A stretch of 32,496 nucleotides of DNA from a virus (lineage: Duplodnaviria; Caudoviricetes). The notes under the pieces were generated by a model, which was not told the DNA's origin, did not search any database, and worked only from the letters and a program-made list of their open reading frames with translations. This document shows, piece after piece, positions 1 through 8,673 of the stretch. Positions within the stretch are counted from its first letter, which is position 1. Each line of letters begins with the position of its first letter. Made by a program: the position numbers and the translations under genes. The stretch spans positions 1-32,496 of IMG/VR virus record IMGVR_UViG_3300048856_000017; one strand, written 5' to 3'.

Positions 1-127
1 TTTCGCGGAGTGGAACGACTCTTGGGTGAACCAGCCGGAGATCAACTCCATTTTGAAGCTGCGAGCAAACTCCAGGTAAGCGCGAGCGGTGGCTGTCGGG
101 GCGTTGTCGGATGCCGGCGCGAGCTTG
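1..127. repeat. Terminal overlap identical to 32370-32496 (circular contig signature)
   Basis: tttcgcggagtgg...gcgagcttg occurs at both ends, and the replicase ORF reads through the junction. Confidence 0.97.
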
Positions 128-357
128 CTCCAGTCTTGGAACAAGTCGTCGTAGATCTCTTTGACGTGCAGGGTGTGGCCACACTTCTCCTGGCGGCCAC
201 AGTTGAGCTGCCATGGCGCGTCATGGCGTGTGTACAGCTCCCGCTTATTGCATTTCGGGCAAGTACCGCCGCGCATGTAATGGGTGCCTGGGCGGTGCTT
301 CAAGCCGTAGTCGTGCTCGATGCGCTGCAGGACGTTGTGACGAAGGTCGTCTCTCAT
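1..357 (-). CDS. N-terminal part (Zn-binding domain) of the primase-helicase replicase; continues across the junction into 32369->30033
   Basis: ATG at 357 overlaps the upstream stop (ATGA). Manual translation MRDDLRHNVLQRIEHDYGLKHRPGTHYMRGGTCPKCNKRELY...NCGRQEKCGH...SFKMELISGWF runs in frame into the 795-aa ORF, giving about 897 aa in total. Confidence 0.92.
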   Translation of the reverse strand, partial: MRDDLRHNVLQRIEHDYGLKHRPGTHYMRGGTCPKCNKRELYTRHDAPWQLNCGRQEKCGHTLHVKEIYDDLFQDWSKLAPASDNAPTATARAYLEFARSFKMELISGWFTQESFHSAK

Positions 358-593
358 GATTGCTTCACTGCTTTAAGACTTTGGGACAGGGCCGCCATAA
401 GGCGTTTCTGTGCAGACATTGCGGGTATGTGAGCGAGGATTGCGCCGTGGCGCATACCGATCGGCACGAAGCGAAATTGATCGTCGTACCAGTGCTCGTT
501 GAGGCTCGCCCGGTAGTGCGTACGCAGGGTTTCGAGCAGCGCTTGCGCCTCGATCGAGGGCAGTGGGGTGTTGATAATTACGGCGTTTCCCAT
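354..593 (-). CDS. Hypothetical early protein (MGNAVIINTPLP...)
   Basis: GAGG RBS upstream of ATG 593; stop is coupled to the replicase start. Confidence 0.75.
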   Translation of the reverse strand: MGNAVIINTPLPSIEAQALLETLRTHYRASLNEHWYDDQFRFVPIGMRHGAILAHIPAMSAQKRLMAALSQSLKAVKQS

Positions 594-666
594 CGTGAAA
601 CCTCGATTTCGGGCGCAGCTCACCCAAACCCACGGGGGTGGGGGCAGGCAATGTGTTGGGTTGCTG

Positions 667-1032
667 TTACGAGTTGGCTAAGCGGTAACGCCCGTTGTCC
701 GGTGCGTTGATGATGCGTTCGTAGATCAGGCTGACCGGGATTGCCCAGGCGTTGCCGGTTGTCGGGTCGACGATGACCGAATGGGTCGTCGAGCTATTGA
801 GGACGTCCAGACGCTGCCGATCGCGGATCGCATTCATGTCGCTGTACGCCAGGTGGACCATTTTTTCGGCCAGCTGAGTCAGCACGTCGTAATCGGCCAC
901 CAGATGGCGGACGGTCCGTGCGATCAACTGCTGGTCATTGCCCAGGTGTTCGCAATGGTGGCGTTCCAAGAAGGTAAGGGCGGCGGCTTTCAGCACGTCC
1001 TGGTATTCCTGCACTGCAGACAAGTTATTCAT
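667..1032 (-). CDS. Hypothetical early protein
   Basis: 121-aa ORF whose start overlaps the stop of the upstream CII-like gene. Confidence 0.8.
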   Translation of the reverse strand: MNNLSAVQEYQDVLKAAALTFLERHHCEHLGNDQQLIARTVRHLVADYDVLTQLAEKMVHLAYSDMNAIRDRQRLDVLNSSTTHSVIVDPTTGNAWAIPVSLIYERIINAPDNGRYRLANS

Positions 1033-1508
1033 TGGGCTGGCCCTGATTTGGCGCGGTAGAGGTCAATGGCTGCCAGCACTTCTGCGTGACGTGCGGCCAT
1101 GTGCAGGTTGTGTGCATTGAGGATATGTTCGGCCTCGGCTTCGTTGATGCAACCATCCGCGAGTGCCTTGGCAATCTCCTGGTCGACGCACCCGCGCTTT
1201 GCCGCCACCTGGACGGAGAGCGTGTACATCTCGACGTTATCCAGTGAATCCGTATCCGGCACCGGGACGAACAACCCGCCATACATCGCCGCCACGTAGT
1301 TGGGGAAATGCTGCGTTCCCGCTTCCTGCTCCAGCTGGTAGAGCTGGGCGTCAGTCAGCGGGCGGCTGCTGTTGTTCTCGTAGGCGTGGTTATCGAACTT
1401 CTTCAATGCCAAACCGATCCGCGCAGCTGCACACTCGCGGCCGCCTGGATAGCTGCAGATGATTGCACTGACGACTTCGCGGCGAGTCTTTAGAACTGGA
1501 CTTTTCAT
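1029..1508 (-). CDS. CII/YmfL-like phage regulatory protein
   Basis: MKSPVLKTRREVVSAIICSYPGGRECAAARIG...; N-terminal HTH-like region and C-terminal ALADGCINEAE motif typical of 186 CII-like proteins; second gene of the lytic early operon. Confidence 0.7.
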   Translation of the reverse strand: MKSPVLKTRREVVSAIICSYPGGRECAAARIGLALKKFDNHAYENNSSRPLTDAQLYQLEQEAGTQHFPNYVAAMYGGLFVPVPDTDSLDNVEMYTLSVQVAAKRGCVDQEIAKALADGCINEAEAEHILNAHNLHMAARHAEVLAAIDLYRAKSGPAQ

Positions 1509-1537
1509 GTTCTGCTTTTCCCTGCTAGAGCGTGCCA

Positions 1538-1750
1538 TTACTGTGCAATCACGCCATCTTTGATCCCCAGCAAAACGGCGGCTCGATGTGCCTCCCCACG
1601 TCGACACTGGCTTTGGCCACTCAGCACCGCGTACACGGTGCTGGGATTCAATTGGTGCTTCGCAGCAAAGTCTTTTGCTGTCTGACCCTTTCGTTCGAGA
1701 GCTTCCCGTGCTTCACGGCGGGCTTGCTCGGTGATGGTGCTGTTCGGCAT
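1538..1750 (-). CDS. Cox/Cro/Ner-like small HTH DNA-binding protein
   Basis: MPNSTITEQARREAREALERKGQTAKDFAAKHQLNPSTVYAVLSG...RGEAHRAAVLLGIK; divergent from the repressor. Confidence 0.85.
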   Translation of the reverse strand: MPNSTITEQARREAREALERKGQTAKDFAAKHQLNPSTVYAVLSGQSQCRRGEAHRAAVLLGIKDGVIAQ

Positions 1751-1817
1751 AGTGCAAATCCTTGCGACTTCGTGTGATGTAGTGCAAAGGATGTGGCAAA
1801 AAACTGCCAATGTAAAT
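1750..1817. promoter_or_regulatory. Lysis/lysogeny switch region with candidate operators
   Basis: Short spacer between divergent HTH genes; TAGTGCAAA direct repeats at 1750 and 1780; inverted repeat TGGCA-N6-TGCCA at 1794-1809. Confidence 0.6.
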
Positions 1818-2186
1818 ATGGAAAGTGGAAATATTTTGACTCTGTCCGAAGAGATAGGCGCAAGACTGCGCGAGCAGCGCACTGCAAACGGCCTGACCCA
1901 AGATCAACTGGCTGAAAAGCTGGGGATTTCTAAACGGACGCAGGGAAACTACGAGTCGGGGGCTAGTGATGCGCCGGCTGCGTATTTGAGCGTCATTGGT
2001 CGGGACTTGGGTTTTGATGTTCTGTACATACTCAATGGTGTGCGCAGCACATTGGGAAGCGATGCTTTGGACCCTGCCGAGGACTCGATCATTAAAAGAT
2101 ATCGCAGCATTCCAGAGGACGACCAGAAGACGATTCGCCGCCTTCTCGATGCTATGGCCGTGATGGAAGCGAGAGGCTTGAACTAG
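1818..2186 (+). CDS. CI-like XRE-family repressor, with no S24 autopeptidase domain
   Basis: IGARLREQRTANGLTQDQLAEKLGISKRTQGNYESG is a canonical XRE HTH; start could be ATG 1818 or TTG 1836. Confidence 0.9.
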   Translation: MESGNILTLSEEIGARLREQRTANGLTQDQLAEKLGISKRTQGNYESGASDAPAAYLSVIGRDLGFDVLYILNGVRSTLGSDALDPAEDSIIKRYRSIPEDDQKTIRRLLDAMAVMEARGLN

Positions 2187-2287
2187 AGCGTTACACGTTG
2201 TTAAAACCACCTAGCTTCCCCTTTGTGCCAACGACCGTTTCTGCTCGATAAAGTCGATTCATTTCATGCACCTATGGAGCAGTACGC

Positions 2288-2485
2288 ATGTTGGATCGAA
2301 AAGACTTTGAAGGCAGTTACAACGAATTCGGTGAGCTGGATCAGCAAGCGCTGACCGTATTTGAGCTGCGATTAATCAAACTTTATCGGCGCATGACTGA
2401 CGAAGATCAGCAGCGAATAAACCGAATGTCGGAAGTGCTTTCGGAAATTCCTGACGGTCCGGTTATGGGCGAAGCGTTCGCTTAA
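2288..2485 (+). CDS. Small protein resembling the repressor C-terminal helical domain
   Basis: GGAG RBS; LTVFELRLIKLYRRMTDEDQQRINRMSEVL aligns by eye with CI LDPAEDSIIKRYRSIPEDDQKTIRRLLDAM. Confidence 0.8.
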   Translation: MLDRKDFEGSYNEFGELDQQALTVFELRLIKLYRRMTDEDQQRINRMSEVLSEIPDGPVMGEAFA

Positions 2486-2547
2486 CCGGCTCGCTTTTCG
2501 ACGTGGAATCAGGCGCTGGCCCCTTGCGGCTAGCGTTCCCGCCCAGA

Positions 2548-2799
2548 TCACGCAGCCCCCAACTGCTCGAACAACTCTTTCTGCTGCGCCGCTGGCAACC
2601 CCTTCAAACGATCGAACAGCAAGACATCCAGCTGCTGCCCGGACGGTCTGAGCGTGTGAGAGAACGTCAGATTGGCCACCCAGGTGTGCCCGCACTTCGC
2701 GTCGAGGCATTGGCAGTACAACTTCACGTAAGCGCGGGTGACTTCTTCCCGCGAACTGATCCGTCCTTTGTGTCCGCACGTTGTGCAATGAATTCGCAT
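2548..2799 (-). CDS. ogr: Ogr/Delta-like zinc-finger late transcription activator
   Basis: CTTCGHKGRI...LYCQCLDAKCGHTW is the Ogr C4 pattern; GGGAGG RBS. Confidence 0.9.
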   Translation of the reverse strand: MRIHCTTCGHKGRISSREEVTRAYVKLYCQCLDAKCGHTWVANLTFSHTLRPSGQQLDVLLFDRLKGLPAAQQKELFEQLGAA

Positions 2800-2870
2800 G
2801 TGTCCCTCCCCAGGGATGTCCAGTGGCCAGCATTCTATCTCAAGATTTAGGGTTATCGGCTGGACCTAGC

Positions 2871-3905
2871 TCAAGATGTAGTGTTTTCGCCTGAATTTTG
2901 TGGCTTTCTCCAGCTAAAACGCCTGTCTACCCGCAGGCACTCGTTTGCTTGCTCGAACAGCTGACAGATCGGTCTGATTTCGTTGCTTGTGTACACGCGA
3001 TCGATCTTCTCGATATCGCCGAATCCCGCGCTGTTCTCCGGAATGATGCCGGCGAGGGCAGGGTTCATGCGCCACGCCGCGATGACGTCGTTCCGCGTGA
3101 TGTTCTTGACCTTCTCCAACTCGTCCTTGGCCTGGAAGTCACCCACCGGGATGATCTGGATCGCGTTTTCCTTGCCGTTGGGGATGTTGACGAACATCGA
3201 CCGGAAGTTACCCACCCCCTTGCTGGAGCTGATCTGGGCGCGCAGCTCGTCTTCGTCTTCCTGGGTCATGTCCGGGTCGTTGGTGTAGAAGATGTAGCCC
3301 GCGTGCGCACCGTTGCTGTAGTAGCGCCGGCGGAAGAGGGTGGCCGCTTCGTTCAGCAGGAGCGCCTGCAGGCCGCCGAGATAGTCCGGGATCCCGTAAA
3401 TGTTCTGTTCCACGTCGTAATCCATGACGTGCTCGATCTCGTCCTGGCCGAACTCCATTTCCTTGTTGTCGGGCAGCAGCATCACGTAGCCGCCGTCGAC
3501 CTTCACGCGCATGTTGATGGCCGGCATGTGCTGCAACTCCAGGACTTCACCGAACGCGCTGCGGTTGCGATAGAAATACGCCTCGCCGAACACCATGTAG
3601 TCCAGTCCCGCCCGGCCCATGGTCTGCGCGCTACAGCCGGCAGACGGGACGAACTCACGCAGCAGCAGGTTGCGCTTGAACTTGGGGATTGCGCCGTGGT
3701 GCGCGTTGGCGCGCAGCAGCTTGGCCAGGCCCGCCCGCGACACCGGCGGCTTGTAGATCTTGCCGTCGTCGCTGGGGAACACCCCAACGTACTCGCCGAT
3801 GTTGCCGCTCAGGACTTGCTCCGGCTCGCCGAACGTGAACGACCGGACGGGCTGCTGCTGTGGTGCCTGCTGTCTGACCTGAAGTTTTTTGCGTCGATTG
3901 GGCAT
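2871..3905 (-). CDS. Portal protein (P2 gpQ/PBSX family)
   Basis: YGIPDYLGGLQALLLNEAATLFRRRYYSNGAHAG and GVGNFRSMFVNIP motifs. Confidence 0.95.
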   Translation of the reverse strand: MPNRRKKLQVRQQAPQQQPVRSFTFGEPEQVLSGNIGEYVGVFPSDDGKIYKPPVSRAGLAKLLRANAHHGAIPKFKRNLLLREFVPSAGCSAQTMGRAGLDYMVFGEAYFYRNRSAFGEVLELQHMPAINMRVKVDGGYVMLLPDNKEMEFGQDEIEHVMDYDVEQNIYGIPDYLGGLQALLLNEAATLFRRRYYSNGAHAGYIFYTNDPDMTQEDEDELRAQISSSKGVGNFRSMFVNIPNGKENAIQIIPVGDFQAKDELEKVKNITRNDVIAAWRMNPALAGIIPENSAGFGDIEKIDRVYTSNEIRPICQLFEQANECLRVDRRFSWRKPQNSGENTTS

Positions 3906-5712
3906 TGCTTCCGCTCATGAGGTAGCGGCTGCGACGCCGCTTATTCGTGTTCAAGGGTTCGTTGGCCAGGGCATGCATGATTGCCCAGGCGATATCGGCG
4001 TGGCCGGTGGCTTCCGTGCGGCTCGCGCTGTAGGTGATCTGGCCGCCGTTGGTGGTGCCGCGCTTGATGGTCAGGAACGCCTGGGCGATATCCGTCCAGC
4101 CAGCGTCCCACTCGATGCGGCTGCCTTGGATCGTGTCCTGGGCCTTGAGCACCAACATGTTCTTGGCTTCAAGGCTGTAGTGGATCGGTGTGACCTTCGC
4201 GTAGAAGTCGCGCACCAGGTCGAATACGCCGTAGCCCACGCCGGTGATGTCGATGCCAATGTGCTGGACGTTGAAGCGCTCGGTGAGCTTTTTGACTTGG
4301 GCGGCCTGGTGAGTGAACGACGTCCCTCGCCAGCTGTGTTTTTCCAGGATCCGGAACTTGGCCCCCGGTTCCAGCGGCGGCGCGACCACCACGCAGGTGG
4401 CATCGTCGCGGGTCCGGCTGGGGTCGTAGCCCAGCCAGACCGGACTGTTGCCGAACGGGCGGTCCAGTTCGGGGTTGTAGTCGTCCCACAACGTAAGGTC
4501 CGAGTAGCAGCGCTCCAGGTCCTTGAGGCCGAACGCGCTCTGCGTGCTGTCGATGAACTTGCAGTAGAACAGCTGCTGAAACTTGTCTTCGTCGTACTCC
4601 AGCTGCAGCTGCTCGATGTCGAACAGATCGCACCCGCCGGCGATCGCATCGTCCAGCGTGATCGTCTTGCGCCATTGACCGTCCGGGCACAGTGCGCCTT
4701 TCGTGTAGGCCGCCTCGGTCGGCCACTCGCCGCCGGCTTTCTTGCCACGCTTGCTGTTGCGAAAGGCCTCGCCTGTCCAGAACGGGTACGCCTGGTGCGA
4801 CACAGCGCTGGGCGTCGAAAAGTAGGTTTTGCGCCACTTCTTGTGGGTGCCCATGGCGCTGGCCACCGTGCTCAATTTCTCGAAGTCACGGATCCAGAAA
4901 TATTCGTCGACGTAGACGTGGCCATGGTAGCCCTGGGCGGTGCTGCTGTTGGTGCTCAGGAATCGCAGCTCGGCACCGTTGCTCAGGGTGATCGGGTTGC
5001 CGGTTAGCTCGATGCCGAACCACTTTTGGGCAAACCCGATGATGTAGCTGCGGAAGATCTCCGACTGCGCCCGGGAAGCCGACAGGAAGACTTGGTTGTC
5101 GCCAGTCAGCACGGCGTCCATGAACGCCTCGCCAGCGAAGTAGTAGGTCAAGCCCACCTGGCGACTCTTGAGGATGTTCCGGACCCGGCACGTCAGCGGG
5201 TTCTGTTTGGCATCGAACAGCTCTTTCTGGTAGTCGAACATCTGGCTGATGAACTTATCCAGGAAGTCGACTTCAGTCAGGCCGCTGACGTCGTTCTTGG
5301 CCTTCTTCTCGCGCTTCTTCTCGCTCTTGTCGCCTCGGCCGCCACGCGGTTTGCGGGCAGGCTCGTTTCGGCCGCTGCTGCCGTCGTCCTCGCTGGCCGG
5401 CGCACCTGGTGCCGCCGGCACTGCCTTGACGCATTGCTTCGCCAAGCGCTCGCGCAGCGTCGTCAGCCGGTCGAGTTCGTCCAGTTCGCCCTTGGTGAGG
5501 ACGTCGGTTTTTTCCAGCAGCAGTGTGATGCGCCGACTGACCGCCGTTAGCGGTTCCTCATCGGTGAGCATGTCTTCCCAGCCCCCGACGCGGATCCAGT
5601 GATAGACGATCCGGATATTGGGCAGGTTGAGCTGCGCCTGAATTTCCTTGGCCTTGTAGCGGCGCAGAAACAGGCGTTTGGCGGCTTCTTTAACTTCGGT
5701 CGAGTAGTACAT
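3655..5712 (-). CDS. Terminase ATPase (large) subunit, P2 gpP-like
   Basis: Walker A-like KSRQVGLT, Walker B VYVDE, FSTP, nuclease motifs GYDP and GHADIAWA; likely start MYYSTEVK at 5712. Confidence 0.95.
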   Translation of the reverse strand: MYYSTEVKEAAKRLFLRRYKAKEIQAQLNLPNIRIVYHWIRVGGWEDMLTDEEPLTAVSRRITLLLEKTDVLTKGELDELDRLTTLRERLAKQCVKAVPAAPGAPASEDDGSSGRNEPARKPRGGRGDKSEKKREKKAKNDVSGLTEVDFLDKFISQMFDYQKELFDAKQNPLTCRVRNILKSRQVGLTYYFAGEAFMDAVLTGDNQVFLSASRAQSEIFRSYIIGFAQKWFGIELTGNPITLSNGAELRFLSTNSSTAQGYHGHVYVDEYFWIRDFEKLSTVASAMGTHKKWRKTYFSTPSAVSHQAYPFWTGEAFRNSKRGKKAGGEWPTEAAYTKGALCPDGQWRKTITLDDAIAGGCDLFDIEQLQLEYDEDKFQQLFYCKFIDSTQSAFGLKDLERCYSDLTLWDDYNPELDRPFGNSPVWLGYDPSRTRDDATCVVVAPPLEPGAKFRILEKHSWRGTSFTHQAAQVKKLTERFNVQHIGIDITGVGYGVFDLVRDFYAKVTPIHYSLEAKNMLVLKAQDTIQGSRIEWDAGWTDIAQAFLTIKRGTTNGGQITYSASRTEATGHADIAWAIMHALANEPLNTNKRRRSRYLMSGSNAQSTQKTSGQTAGTTAAARPVVHVRRAGASPERQHRRVRWGVPQRRRQDLQAAGVAGGPGQAAARQRAPRRNPQVQAQPAAA

Positions 5713-5758
5713 GGGCCGCAGTCTATGCGGCGAAAACACGGAAAACGTGCAGATAAAA

Positions 5759-5799
5759 TCCGCGTTTCTCCTAGAAATCAAAAATCGGAGAAGCGCGGA
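5759..5799. promoter_or_regulatory. Inverted repeat in the divergent late-promoter region
   Basis: TCCGCGTTTCTCC-N15-GGAGAAGCGCGGA (12/13 match) midway between the terminase and scaffold starts. Confidence 0.55.
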
Positions 5800-5874
5800 A
5801 ATGAACCGTTTGTTGGCGATGCTCGGGCTGCATATCTTGGGGCCTCACTTCACCGATGAGCGCAGTTTGAGCCT

Positions 5875-6798
5875 ATGCCCCGTTCCCTTGTCAGCTTCTG
5901 GAAACGAGTTGCCACCAGTGGTCCCACCATTGATGGGCGCGTGATTACCGTCCAGGAACTGCGCGACATCGCCGAGACGTACAACACCGCTACCTACACG
6001 GCGACGATCTGGTCCGAGCATGAGCGCTGGCCGGGCTCCTACGGCACCGTGTTTGCCGTCCGGCTGCTGGAGGGCGTGGGCGGATTGAAGCCAGGCCAGG
6101 TCGCACTAGAGGCGCAGCTCAAGCCTAACGACAAGCTCCTGGCTTTGAATGACCAGGGCGAAAAGCTGTTCACCAGCATCGAGATCACCCCAAATTTTGC
6201 GAATACCGGCAAAGCCTATCTGTCGGGTCTGGCCGTCACCGACTCGCCGGCAAGCCTTGGCACCCAGGAACTCTACTTTTCCCGCAAGACCGGCCAGCCG
6301 GTGCATTTCGCTGCCGCCGTGCCCCTCGGCTCCCTCCAGGAAGATGAATCAAAGAGCGAGCTGGCCAAGCTGTTCAGCGCTCTGGCCGGACTGTTCAAGG
6401 GCTTCGCCTCGGAGCCGGCCGCCGAAGACAACCCAACCCCAACCACCGAGAGCAAACCCCCAATGGATGAAGCTACCGCAACGGCCCTCAAGGCCCTGCT
6501 GGCACAGCTGCTGGTCGTCGCTGCCGGCATCCAGGCTGTGATTGAGCCTGCTGCTGCAGATGCACCCGAGCCTGAACAGGCTCCGATCGACGAGGTAACC
6601 ACCGCTGTGGACGCCATCGTTACCACCGCCGAAGAAGAGCGTGAGTTCGCCCGTAACGGCGGCGCGTCGAACAAGGCAGTGCTGGCCGCTCTGGCGGACA
6701 TGCAGAAGCAGTTCAGCGCCCTGCAGAACACCCCGGCCGGTCGCGTTGTTCCCCGCGTCACCGGCCCCGCTGCTACCACCGCCAAGAAGGTGCTCTGA
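5875..6798 (+). CDS. Capsid scaffolding protein/protease (P2 gpO)
   Basis: VATSGPTIDGRVI, FTSIEI, YLSGLAVTDSPASLGT motifs. Confidence 0.95.
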   Translation: MPRSLVSFWKRVATSGPTIDGRVITVQELRDIAETYNTATYTATIWSEHERWPGSYGTVFAVRLLEGVGGLKPGQVALEAQLKPNDKLLALNDQGEKLFTSIEITPNFANTGKAYLSGLAVTDSPASLGTQELYFSRKTGQPVHFAAAVPLGSLQEDESKSELAKLFSALAGLFKGFASEPAAEDNPTPTTESKPPMDEATATALKALLAQLLVVAAGIQAVIEPAAADAPEPEQAPIDEVTTAVDAIVTTAEEEREFARNGGASNKAVLAALADMQKQFSALQNTPAGRVVPRVTGPAATTAKKVL

Positions 6799-6799
6799 C

Positions 6800-7816
6800 A
6801 TGGCCCAGTCTCTGAGCAAATTCGGCGCGCAAATGTTCGCCAACCTGCAACTGGCGCTTGCCGAGAGCTACGGCGTCGAGCTGGCCAGCAAGACGTTCAG
6901 CGTTGAACCGACCATCGCCCAGGAACTCAACGAAGCGATCACCGCCAAGTCGGACTTCCTGAGCCGCATCAATGTCATCGGCGTGAGCGAGATCAAGGGG
7001 CAGAAGGTGTTCCTGGGCGTTTCCGGTCCTGTGACCGGCCGCACCAACACCAAGACCACGGACCGCGAGGCCAAGGACGCGTCGGCGCTGGATGACAGCA
7101 CCTACGAGCTGTTCTCCACGGAATCCGACGTCAGCCTGCCTTACGCCAAGATCGATGCCTGGGCGAAATTCCCTGATTTCCAGCAGCGTTATTCCGCCGC
7201 CGTGCAGAAGCAGATCGCGCTGGATCGCATCATGATCGGCTTCCACGGCCTCAAGGCCGAAGCGCAGACCGACATCGCCCTCTACCCAATGCTGCAGGAC
7301 GTGAACAAGGGCTGGCTGCAGATTGCCCGCGAGCAGATCCCAGCGCAGGTGCTCAAGGAAGGCAAGGTAGCGGGCAAGGTCATCCTGGGTGAAGGTGGCG
7401 ACTACGCCAACCTCGATGCCCTGGTGCATGACACCAAGCAGCTGGTGGACGAACGTCTGCGCGACGGCGGCGACCTGGTGGCAATCATCGGTTCCGATCT
7501 GCTGGCCGCTGACAAGGCGAAGCTGTACGCCAAACAGGGCGACACGCCGACCGAAAAAGAGCGCATCGAAGACGCGCAGGTCATCGCGACCTATGGCGGT
7601 CTGCCGAGCTTCAGCGTGCCGTTCTTCCCGGTCAACGCCGTGGTCGTTACCAGCTGGGACAACCTGTCGATCTACTTCCAGGACTCCAGCTGGCGCAAGC
7701 AGACCGTGGACAATCCGAAGCGCTCCCGCGTCGAGGACTACAACAGCCGCAACGAAGGTTACGTGATCGAGCAGCTGGAAAAGTTCGCACTGACCGAAAA
7801 CGTGGAGCTGGTCTGA
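6800..7816 (+). CDS. Major capsid protein (P2 gpN family)
   Basis: FSVEPTIAQ, ALDRIMIGFHG, LQDVNKGWLQ, DNLSIY motifs; true start MAQSLS at 6800. Confidence 0.95.
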   Translation: MAQSLSKFGAQMFANLQLALAESYGVELASKTFSVEPTIAQELNEAITAKSDFLSRINVIGVSEIKGQKVFLGVSGPVTGRTNTKTTDREAKDASALDDSTYELFSTESDVSLPYAKIDAWAKFPDFQQRYSAAVQKQIALDRIMIGFHGLKAEAQTDIALYPMLQDVNKGWLQIAREQIPAQVLKEGKVAGKVILGEGGDYANLDALVHDTKQLVDERLRDGGDLVAIIGSDLLAADKAKLYAKQGDTPTEKERIEDAQVIATYGGLPSFSVPFFPVNAVVVTSWDNLSIYFQDSSWRKQTVDNPKRSRVEDYNSRNEGYVIEQLEKFALTENVELV

Positions 7817-8541
7817 TGAGCCTGGCCCTGGCGCATAAACGTCGCACCCAGGCCATGGGCAGCGCAGCGCTCGCAAGCGCTGCGGTTGCCGCCGCCTTGC
7901 CGTACTCGGCTGCGGAAGCCTTGAGCAGCCCCGCCAATGCGCGCAAGCATCTGGCCTTGCAGGAAGCGGCGTTGGATCAGGACCTTGAACGCCTGAGCGC
8001 GATCAAGGGACTGGCCGGGAAGCAAGACCTCAAGCGTACCGAGCTGTTGCCCAAATACCAGGACTACATCCAGCGCTATTGCGAGTCGGGTCTGAACTTC
8101 CCGAACCGCGTCCTGGTGCAGGTGTTGATCTGGCTGTTCGACATCGAGCAGTTCGTCGACGGAATGGAGCTGGCCGACATCGCCATCGAGCAGGGTCAGC
8201 AGATGCCGGAGCGCTTCAAGCGCCGTGACATCCAGACCTTCGTGGCGGATGCCGTGATCGAGTGGGCTTACGCCGAATACAACGCCAATCGCAGTCCGGA
8301 GCCGTACCTGTCCGACCTGCTGCCGCGTGTGGACGGCGAATGGGATCTGACCGAACAGATCCCGAGCAAGTACCACAAGTTGATCGGCATGCGCGCCATG
8401 GAAGCCGGGGAGTGGGACACCGCCCTCAAGCACCTGGAGCGCTCCACCGAGCTGTATGCGAAGGCCGGTAACGAAACACGCATCAAAAAGTGCCGCCTGG
8501 CACTGGCCAAACAGCGAGCCGGCATCACCGGCACCGAATAA
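7816..8541 (+). CDS. Terminase endonuclease/small subunit (P2 gpM-like)
   Basis: KRTELLPKY, IWLFDI, AIEQGQQMPERF motifs; position after the capsid gene. Confidence 0.9.
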   Translation: MSLALAHKRRTQAMGSAALASAAVAAALPYSAAEALSSPANARKHLALQEAALDQDLERLSAIKGLAGKQDLKRTELLPKYQDYIQRYCESGLNFPNRVLVQVLIWLFDIEQFVDGMELADIAIEQGQQMPERFKRRDIQTFVADAVIEWAYAEYNANRSPEPYLSDLLPRVDGEWDLTEQIPSKYHKLIGMRAMEAGEWDTALKHLERSTELYAKAGNETRIKKCRLALAKQRAGITGTE

Positions 8542-8556
8542 CCGACTACCCCCCCA

Positions 8557-8618
8557 GCGGGGAACTGTGGAAGTGCGCCTGCCATTCATGGCCCGTCCCG
8601 CTGAAACAGTCTCCCCGC
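8557..8618 (+). other. Multi-stem inverted-repeat element after gpM (candidate structured RNA)
   Basis: GCGGGGAACTGT pairs with ACAGTCTCCCCGC; inner hairpin GCCAT-TC-ATGGC. Confidence 0.5.
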
Positions 8619-8673
8619 CCTATTTAAGGTTTTGCCGAAGGCGAGGCCATGAGAGGCAACGATGGTCAGTGGA

